This document shows, one piece after another, positions 26,630 through 32,000 of a stretch of 32,000 nucleotides of DNA. Both the position numbers and the translations under genes were made by a program. Source of the stretch: Gemmata obscuriglobus. GTDB lineage: Bacteria; Planctomycetota; Planctomycetia; Gemmatales; Gemmataceae. The notes beneath the pieces were generated by a model. It was not told the DNA's origin and searched no databases. It saw only the letters and a program-made list of their open reading frames with translations. How positions within the stretch are numbered: position 1 is the first letter of the stretch; each line of letters opens with the position of its first letter. The DNA lies in assembly GCF_008065095.1 (NCBI RefSeq), contig NZ_CP042911.1, positions 5,700,001-5,732,000 on the forward strand, written 5' to 3'.

Positions 26630-26730
26630 AGAGCCCCCGGAGCCACAGGCGGGACCAGGATACCATACACGGACGGGCGGGGTGAGATTCGTGTACACTG
26701 GCGGAACCATTCCTGACCGGGACCGGGCCG
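26630..26730. promoter_or_regulatory. Divergent intergenic region between the caspase gene and the kinase gene; contains short palindromes
   Basis: 101 bp if the caspase gene starts at 26629. TACACG (26666-26671) and CGTGTA (26690-26695) are inverted repeats. GTGTACAC (26691-26698) is an 8-bp perfect palindrome. I did not recognise a promoter consensus. Confidence 0.3.
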
Positions 26731-28593
26731 ATGTCCGACACGCTACCCAACGACGACCGGAACCGACTCACGGCCCGCGCCGACCGGTTCCAGCACGCGC
26801 TTGTAAACGGCGGTGTGACCGACTTCGCGGAATTTCTGGACGGATTGGTCGGCGGGGAGCGGTTGAAGTTGCTGACCGAACTGGTCGCGCGCGAGCTACG
26901 GCACCGCTGGGCCGGCGGAGAACGGCCGCGGATCGAGGAGTACCTCGCCCGGTTTCCCGAACTCGCGCCCGGCGGGGCGGCGCCGCCTGCGCTGATCATT
27001 GAAGAGTACCGCTGTCGAATTCAGGCCGGCGAGCCCCCCGACCCGCTCCAGTTCCGTGACCGGTTCCCGGACCAGTTCGCCGCCGTCCAGGCGGACTTCG
27101 ACGCGGTGACGGCGTCGGGCACGGTGAAAGCGGCGTCGGCGCCGCACCTGCCCCCGACCGCCCGCGGGATGGTGGAGGTGGCGCAGCAGTACGAACTGAT
27201 CCGCGAGCTGGGCCGCGGGATGTTCGGCGAGGTGTGGCTCGCGCGGAAGAAGCCGAGCGGCATCGAGCGCGCGATCAAGATCCTCCACCAGGCCGCGGAC
27301 CGCGAGGCCGGGCAGCGCGAGCTGGTGTCGCTCGAACTGATCAAGAACCTGCGGCACCCGTACATCCTGGCGACCGAAGACTTCTGGGTGACGGAGAACC
27401 GGCTCCACATCGTCATGGAGCTGGCCGAGGGCACGCTCCGCGGGCGGCTGAAGCAGTGCCTCACCGAGGGCCACCCCGGGGTGCCCGCTGGGGAACTGTT
27501 CCGGTACATCGCTGAGGCCGCCGAGGGGCTGGACTTCCTGCACGAGCAACACATCGTTCACCGCGACGTCAAGCCGGACAACATCCTCATTCTGCACGGC
27601 CACGCGAAGGTCGCGGACTTCGGTTTAGCCCGCGCGCAGGCGCAAGGGGTCGAGTCCATGAGCCTCGCGGGGACGCCCGCGTACATGGCCCCGGAAATCT
27701 GGGGCGGCGAGGGCGGCGCGGCCAGCGACCTTTACAGCCTCGCCTTTGCCTACGTCGAACTGCGACAGGGGCACTCGCCGCTCAAGCCGTGTCCGTTCGG
27801 CGAGTTGATGCTCGCGCACTACGAGGGCCGGTACGAGTTCAGCGAGGTTGTGACCGAACCCGAGCGCGCGGTGTTGCGTCAAGCGCTGGCGGCAAAACCG
27901 CACGAGCGCTACCGGTGCTGCACGGACTTCGTCGCGGCGCTGTCGGTCGCACTCGGAATACCGTTCGCCGCTACGGGGCGGCACTCCGCCACCACACCGC
28001 CGCTCCCGCCCCCGCCGCTCAACGGCGGTTCGGTAGCCGCGTTCGCCAGCGGCAGCCGGCCCGCCATCGACACGGCCACAGCGGGCGGTACGGTCGTCAT
28101 CGATTCGCTGCCAAAGAAGCCGCGCCCCAAGGCCGTTCCCGATCCCGTGGAACCGGAGCCTCCGGAGCCCGAACTCTTCGGAGAGCCGGAACCGGATGCC
28201 GCTACCCGCCGGTTCGGACCGCTGGTCGTGGCCGCCACTCTGGCGCTGGTCACGCTGGTAGCGGTCGGTGCCTGGGCACTGTTCAACCGCCCCGGTGGTG
28301 TGCCAACATCCGTCACAGAAGCCCCACCGCCCCCCCCCCACACACACCCAAGGATGACACCCTCGCACCGCCCCCCCGGCGGGTCGATCCGCGCCCGCCA
28401 GAACCGCCAGGTCCGAAATGGGTGTTCCCGGTGGGCACAACGCCAGAGGCCGGAGCGAAAGAAATTGCGCTCGTCGGGAAAATGGTCCCGGAGTGGGTCA
28501 CCGCCCAGCACAACGGCAAAGCGGTACGGTTCCGACTCATCAGCGGACCGCCAGGGCCGTCGGTCGCGTTTTACATCTCCGAAACGAAGGTGA
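26731..28593 (+). CDS. Membrane Ser/Thr protein kinase (Hanks type); the reading frame after the poly-C tract at 28330 is probably not the native one
   Basis: GRGMFGEVWLA (G-loop), AIKIL (Lys codon 27277-27279), HRDVKPDNIL (27559-27582), DFG (27616-27624), GTPAYMAPE, a Pro-rich linker, and the TM helix LVVAATLALVTLVAVGAWALF (28219-28284). Residues after APPPPP are Arg/Ser-rich and look like nonsense. Confidence 0.85.
   Translation: MSDTLPNDDRNRLTARADRFQHALVNGGVTDFAEFLDGLVGGERLKLLTELVARELRHRWAGGERPRIEEYLARFPELAPGGAAPPALIIEEYRCRIQAGEPPDPLQFRDRFPDQFAAVQADFDAVTASGTVKAASAPHLPPTARGMVEVAQQYELIRELGRGMFGEVWLARKKPSGIERAIKILHQAADREAGQRELVSLELIKNLRHPYILATEDFWVTENRLHIVMELAEGTLRGRLKQCLTEGHPGVPAGELFRYIAEAAEGLDFLHEQHIVHRDVKPDNILILHGHAKVADFGLARAQAQGVESMSLAGTPAYMAPEIWGGEGGAASDLYSLAFAYVELRQGHSPLKPCPFGELMLAHYEGRYEFSEVVTEPERAVLRQALAAKPHERYRCCTDFVAALSVALGIPFAATGRHSATTPPLPPPPLNGGSVAAFASGSRPAIDTATAGGTVVIDSLPKKPRPKAVPDPVEPEPPEPELFGEPEPDAATRRFGPLVVAATLALVTLVAVGAWALFNRPGGVPTSVTEAPPPPPHTHPRMTPSHRPPGGSIRARQNRQVRNGCSRWAQRQRPERKKLRSSGKWSRSGSPPSTTAKRYGSDSSADRQGRRSRFTSPKRR
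28330..28339 (+). repeat. C10 homopolymer at the frame break of the kinase gene; a second C7 run lies at 28371-28377
   Basis: Counted directly: position 28330 plus 28331-28339 are all C. The upstream sensible frame has codon starts at 1 mod 3 and the downstream sensible frame at 0 mod 3. Confidence 0.9.
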
Positions 28594-29096
28594 CGAACGC
28601 CGAGTACCGGGCCGGTGGCGACGATGCTCCAGTCGTGAACGTCACCGCGACCGACGCGCAGGCGTTCGCGCGGTCCGCCTACAACGGCTCGCTACCGACC
28701 GCCGAGGAGTGGGACCACGCGGCCGGCTTCCACGACCAGCAGGGGCAGGAAGGACCGAGCCGACGGTCGGGGACCCCGTGGGTCAACCGGGCGGCGGCCG
28801 GTCCCGTCCGACGCCCGGGCGGAGCGGACATCAGCTACTTCGAGTTGCTAGATATGTCGGGTAACGGACGTGAATGGACGCGCACAATTCTCAACGACGG
28901 AAGCGGAAACGACGTGCGCGACGTGGCATCCCCAACGGGCACCGAAAAGGTGGTACTACGCGGCCGCAACTTCGCACTGGATCGGCCGCTCACGTTCAAA
29001 ATGCTGGAAGCGGAACGAAACATCCAGCCCCTGACAGCGCCCGCGAACCGTCCGAGCCCGTTCACGGGCTTCCGTGTGGTACTCAAAGTGCCCTGA
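28422..29096 (+). CDS. FGE-sulfatase (SUMF1/EgtB/PvdO-like) domain segment, most likely the displaced extracytoplasmic C-terminus of the kinase gene
   Basis: The frame is open from 27789, but it only makes sense after 28329: PPPHTPKDDTLAPPPRRVDPRPPEPPGPKWVFPVG. FGE-type motifs: FYISETKVTNAEY, VNVTATDAQAFA, LPTAEEWDHAAG, DMSGNGREWTRT, VLRGRNF, TGFRVVL. Possible independent starts are GTG 28422/28431 and ATG 28482. Confidence 0.7.
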   Translation: MFPVGTTPEAGAKEIALVGKMVPEWVTAQHNGKAVRFRLISGPPGPSVAFYISETKVTNAEYRAGGDDAPVVNVTATDAQAFARSAYNGSLPTAEEWDHAAGFHDQQGQEGPSRRSGTPWVNRAAAGPVRRPGGADISYFELLDMSGNGREWTRTILNDGSGNDVRDVASPTGTEKVVLRGRNFALDRPLTFKMLEAERNIQPLTAPANRPSPFTGFRVVLKVP

Positions 29097-29105
29097 CCGC
29101 GGCTC

Positions 29106-30110
29106 TCACGCCCGGTTCTTGCGCTCACGCCACCGGTTCAGGCTCACGTTCGCGACCAGCAGCGCCCCGATGAGCACATACTGCATTTCGACCGGAACGT
29201 TGAACAGGCTCACGCCGTTCTTGATAAGGATGAGGATCGCGACCCCGAGCATCGCCCCGACCACCCCGCCCTTCCCGCCCGACAGGCTCGCCCCGCCGAT
29301 CACAACCGCGGTAATCACGTCGAGTTCGAGTTGCTCGCCGAGCGTCGGGTTGCCGCTGTTGCTGTGGGCGAACATGATCACCCCGGCCCAGCCGGTGAGC
29401 AGCCCTGCGAGGGTGTATACGAGCACCTTGGTACGGGTGACGTTCACCCCGCACAGCCGTGCCGTCGCCTCGTTCGACCCGACGGCGTACAGGTGGCGCC
29501 CGAATACCGTGAGCCGCAACAGCACGACCGTCAGGAGTGCGAGTGCAACAAGTGACCACAGCCCCGGGTTGGTGAGCGACACACGGCCGACGGTGTTCAC
29601 CCATTCGGGAGTGCCGTTGAGCGGGAACGGGAGGGTAGCGCGTCCGGCGAGCCACACGGCGGCCCCACGTGCGATTCCGAGCATCCCCAGCGTGGCGACG
29701 AACGGCGGTAGCTGGAGTTTCGTCACGAGCAACCCGTTTACGAAACCCACGAGCCCGCCGGCGAGCACCCCGCACACGCACGCCACAACCGAACTCGTGG
29801 GTGACGGGTCGGACGCGGTGTACATCGCAGTGTAGACGCGCATCGTAACAACCGTCACAAGGGCGACGGTAGCACCGACGGACAGGTCGATGCCGCCGCT
29901 GATGAGTACGAGCAGCATCCCCAGCGCGACAACCGCCGGTATCGTCCCCTCATGCAGCAGCACGCGCAGGTTCCCGAGGCTCAGGAACGTGCCCAGGTCG
30001 CCCTTGATGCCGATGAGCGCGGTGAACAGCGCCAGCACAGCGGCGAAGCCGATCCACGGTCCCGCCGGGAGCTTGAACGCGGTGGAAGCAGGCGCAGGAG
30101 AGGTTGCCAT
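29106..30110 (-). CDS. Sugar ABC transporter permease (CUT2, RbsC/AraH-like)
   Basis: I trimmed it to MATSPAPAST. Motifs GGIDLSVGATVAL, FVATLGMLGIARG, YAVGSNEATARLCGVNV and VITAVVIGGASLSGGKGG are typical of the BPD_transp_2 family. The 32 extra N-terminal codons of the listed ORF lie inside the IS element. Confidence 0.85.
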   Translation of the reverse strand: MATSPAPASTAFKLPAGPWIGFAAVLALFTALIGIKGDLGTFLSLGNLRVLLHEGTIPAVVALGMLLVLISGGIDLSVGATVALVTVVTMRVYTAMYTASDPSPTSSVVACVCGVLAGGLVGFVNGLLVTKLQLPPFVATLGMLGIARGAAVWLAGRATLPFPLNGTPEWVNTVGRVSLTNPGLWSLVALALLTVVLLRLTVFGRHLYAVGSNEATARLCGVNVTRTKVLVYTLAGLLTGWAGVIMFAHSNSGNPTLGEQLELDVITAVVIGGASLSGGKGGVVGAMLGVAILILIKNGVSLFNVPVEMQYVLIGALLVANVSLNRWRERKNRA

Positions 30111-30118
30111 CGGTACTT

Positions 30119-30135
30119 CAGTAGTTTCAAGTTGG
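30119..30135. repeat. IS terminal inverted repeat (permease-proximal end)
   Basis: CAGTAGTTTCAAGTTGG. Similarity extends a few more bases if a 1-nt indel is allowed. Confidence 0.85.
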
Positions 30136-31335
30136 CGGCTTGGTTTTGTTGGCCGATCGTGCAGTAGTAATGGACTTATTTTCGCCATCTGTAGGTGCCA
30201 GCCCATCGGCCAACAGTATCAGGCATACCGCCGCCAGTGTCCACCCGAGGCCGCGGGCTGAGCGGGACCACAACCAGGCGTTACGCAGGATCAGCCCGAC
30301 GGCGACCCACAGGAGTCGCACGACCCCATCGGTGGTCGAGGTCCGGGGCCGAACCTGCCCCAACTGGCGGTAGCTGCTCTCGATCCCGAATCGGGTCCGG
30401 TACAGGTCCCGAATCGCCACCGGGCTCCCGCTCACCCGCCACGCCGCGTACAGTAACTTCTTGCTCCGCCGGCCCCCGGTCCGCCGGTACCGGTAGCTCT
30501 TGTGAGCGATCACCACGTGCACCCGCACCGAGGTGCCCCGATCCGCGTGGGTGTACGCATATCGACCCGCGCCCCGCCGCCGCACGGCCCGCAACCCGAC
30601 CCCCTTCACCCCGGGCCGGGGCTTGCGGCCCCGGACCACGGCCGGGATCACGAACGGCACACCCCGCGCCTGGAGCAACCGCATCACCGCGATCGAGAAG
30701 AACGCCTTGTCCAGCAGCGCGACCCGGACCGTAACCCGTGCCGCCGTCACCTGATCCAACAGCCGGGTGAGCACCGCGGTCATCGGCTCCTTCTCGCCCA
30801 CGGCCGTCAACCCGAGCGTGTACCGGTCCGGTCCCCCGACGAGGCACGCGGTGGCGTACGTGTGGAACGTGTGGGTGCCGCCGGCCCCCTTGGACCGGGT
30901 GGTGTCCCGGTTCGGCGTCCCGAAGTACCCGATCCGGTGGTAGTCGATCGCGACCCGAGCCGCCCGCTTCCGCTTGCCGAGCGGGGCGTGGAGGGCCGGC
31001 CGCAACCGCCGCTCGAGGGTGCGGCGCCGCTTGGGCAGCGTGAGGTACAAGCAATCCCAGATGGCCTGCCCGGACGGGGCGTCGGCGATCGCGGCACAGG
31101 CCGCGGCCACCGAGCGGGCGAACGCCGCGGCGAACAGCACCACCCGCCACACCACCTCGGGTGTACAGGTGCGGCGACGCTTGGGCAGTTGGACCGCACG
31201 GCCGAGCCAGTCGGTCAGGACCGGACGGAGGTGCCGGGTGGCGTGGGCCGGGGTGGCTCGGATAGACTGACGTTTGGGTCGCATGGGGGCTCCGACAGTG
31301 GAGGCGTGGTAACCACCATTGACCGGTAAACCCAT
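30127..31335 (-). CDS. DDE transposase (IS4-superfamily-like)
   Basis: 402 aa, or 385 aa from the MRPKRQS start at 31284 (GGAG upstream). Candidate DDE residues are in VAIDYH, ALLDKAF and YRTRFGIESSYRQL (Y-x2-R-x3-E signature). The stop falls inside the terminal IR. The IS family is not assignable by eye. Confidence 0.8.
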   Translation of the reverse strand: MGLPVNGGYHASTVGAPMRPKRQSIRATPAHATRHLRPVLTDWLGRAVQLPKRRRTCTPEVVWRVVLFAAAFARSVAAACAAIADAPSGQAIWDCLYLTLPKRRRTLERRLRPALHAPLGKRKRAARVAIDYHRIGYFGTPNRDTTRSKGAGGTHTFHTYATACLVGGPDRYTLGLTAVGEKEPMTAVLTRLLDQVTAARVTVRVALLDKAFFSIAVMRLLQARGVPFVIPAVVRGRKPRPGVKGVGLRAVRRRGAGRYAYTHADRGTSVRVHVVIAHKSYRYRRTGGRRSKKLLYAAWRVSGSPVAIRDLYRTRFGIESSYRQLGQVRPRTSTTDGVVRLLWVAVGLILRNAWLWSRSARGLGWTLAAVCLILLADGLAPTDGENKSITTARSANKTKPPT

Positions 31336-31358
31336 GCGGCCCGCTACTCATAAATCGC

Positions 31359-31375
31359 CCAACTTGAAACTACTG
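31359..31375. repeat. IS terminal inverted repeat (ATPase-proximal end)
   Basis: CCAACTTGAAACTACTG, the exact reverse complement of 30119-30135. Confidence 0.85.
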
Positions 31376-31396
31376 TACTTCGTTTGAGAGAACGCG

Positions 31397-32000
31397 TTAC
31401 GGGTTCCCGGTCGCGGTCGCGATGACCGCTTCCGGTGTCCATTCGGAAACGGGGCGCACGGCCGAGAGCCGGCCGCGGGTCATCACCGCGAGGGTGTCAC
31501 ACACGCCGAACAGTTCCGGCAGGTAGCTGCTCACCACCAGAACCGCCTTGCCACTCGCCGCGGCCTCGCCGATGAGGCGGTAAATGTCGGACTTGCTGCC
31601 GACATCCACGCCCTTCGTTGGCTCGTCGAGCAGCAGTACGTCGGCACGCTGGTGGAACAGCCGAGCCAGCGCGACCTTCTGCTGGTTCCCGCCGCTCAAT
31701 TCACCGACCGGCTGCCCCGCATCGCGGAACTTCACCCCGAACCGGTTCAGTACCTCACCGACCGCCGCACTCAGACGCGACCGCGACAGGAAGCCGGCGC
31801 GGGCGCCTTCGTCGAGCCGACTGAGAGCGACGTTGTCCGCGATCGGTAGCTCCAGCGCCAGGCCCTCCGTCTTGCGGTCCTCGCTGACGAACCCGAGCCC
31901 CTGCCGAATACGATCGCGCGGCGTCGCCTGCCCTCCGCCGAAGGCACCAATTCTGACGCGCCCGGAGCGAACCGGATCGAGCCCGTACACCGCCCGAAGG
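31397..32000 (-). CDS. Sugar ABC transporter ATP-binding protein (CUT2, RbsA/MglA-like); only the C-terminal half is present and the 5' end lies beyond the window
   Basis: GFVSEDRKTEGL, LSGGNQQKVALARLF, LLLDEPTKGVDVGSK and VLVVSSYLPELFGVCD are typical of the second nucleotide-binding domain of dual-domain CUT2 ATPases. The frame is open to the window end. Confidence 0.85.
   Translation of the reverse strand, partial: LRAVYGLDPVRSGRVRIGAFGGGQATPRDRIRQGLGFVSEDRKTEGLALELPIADNVALSRLDEGARAGFLSRSRLSAAVGEVLNRFGVKFRDAGQPVGELSGGNQQKVALARLFHQRADVLLLDEPTKGVDVGSKSDIYRLIGEAAASGKAVLVVSSYLPELFGVCDTLAVMTRGRLSAVRPVSEWTPEAVIATATGNP

Larger units (their letters stand above)
30119..31375 (-). mobile_element. 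Insertion sequence (1257 bp) with 17-bp terminal inverted repeats and a 5-bp target-site duplication
   Basis: IRL 30119-30135 CAGTAGTTTCAAGTTGG is the exact reverse complement of IRR 31359-31375. The element is flanked by TACTT at 30114-30118 and 31376-31380. A single transposase ORF fills it. Confidence 0.85.

Noticed and set aside
30281-31351. 356-aa minus-strand and 275-aa plus-strand ORFs inside the IS
   Set aside because: They are shadow frames of the transposase gene. Only the 30127-31335 frame carries the DDE/YREK-like signature.
1-32000. tRNA, rRNA, tmRNA, RNase P, SRP RNA and CRISPR arrays
   Set aside because: I scanned the intergenic regions by eye for T-loop (GGTTCGAATCC-like), RNase P (GGAAAGTCCGG) and SRP (GGAAGGAAGCAGC) cores and for regularly spaced direct repeats, and found none. 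A covariance-model scan would be needed to exclude ncRNAs properly.

Overview
This is a 32 kb, high-GC window (about two-thirds G+C by eye). The gene content looks like a Planctomycetota (Gemmataceae-like) chromosome: a PSCyt1-type CxxCH domain, Lys/Ala-tailed ribosomal proteins, many beta-propeller proteins and eukaryote-like kinases. That taxonomic call is inference only. Because of the GC content, the six-frame track is full of long shadow ORFs. I kept only ORFs with recognisable family motifs or sensible starts and trimmed several N-termini.

Most of the window is housekeeping:
- A co-directional minus-strand string ffh-rpsP-trmD-rplS-yraN-tyrS.
- xerC/D, znuA-znuC, an M20 amidohydrolase, pilT, hisF, a DtxR/MntR regulator and lpxB.
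- Two beta-propeller proteins.
- A CUT2 sugar ABC operon at the right edge.

The most interesting part is 20.0-29.1 kb. A membrane Ser/Thr kinase carries an extracytoplasmic FGE-sulfatase-like domain, and its reading frame is broken in a poly-C tract. It is transcribed divergently from a giant WD40-PDZ-caspase(C14)-EF-hand protein. That gene is followed 18 nt later by a haem-c (CxxCH)/DUF4384-like secreted protein and then a beta-barrel outer-membrane protein. I read these as one uncharacterised envelope-associated caspase/kinase signalling module.

Other notable points:
- An intact IS element with 17-bp inverted repeats and a 5-bp target duplication sits 3 nt upstream of the ABC permease start codon.
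- Three long intergenic palindromes lie at about 4.29, 7.38 and 9.62 kb.
- I found no tRNA, rRNA or CRISPR array.
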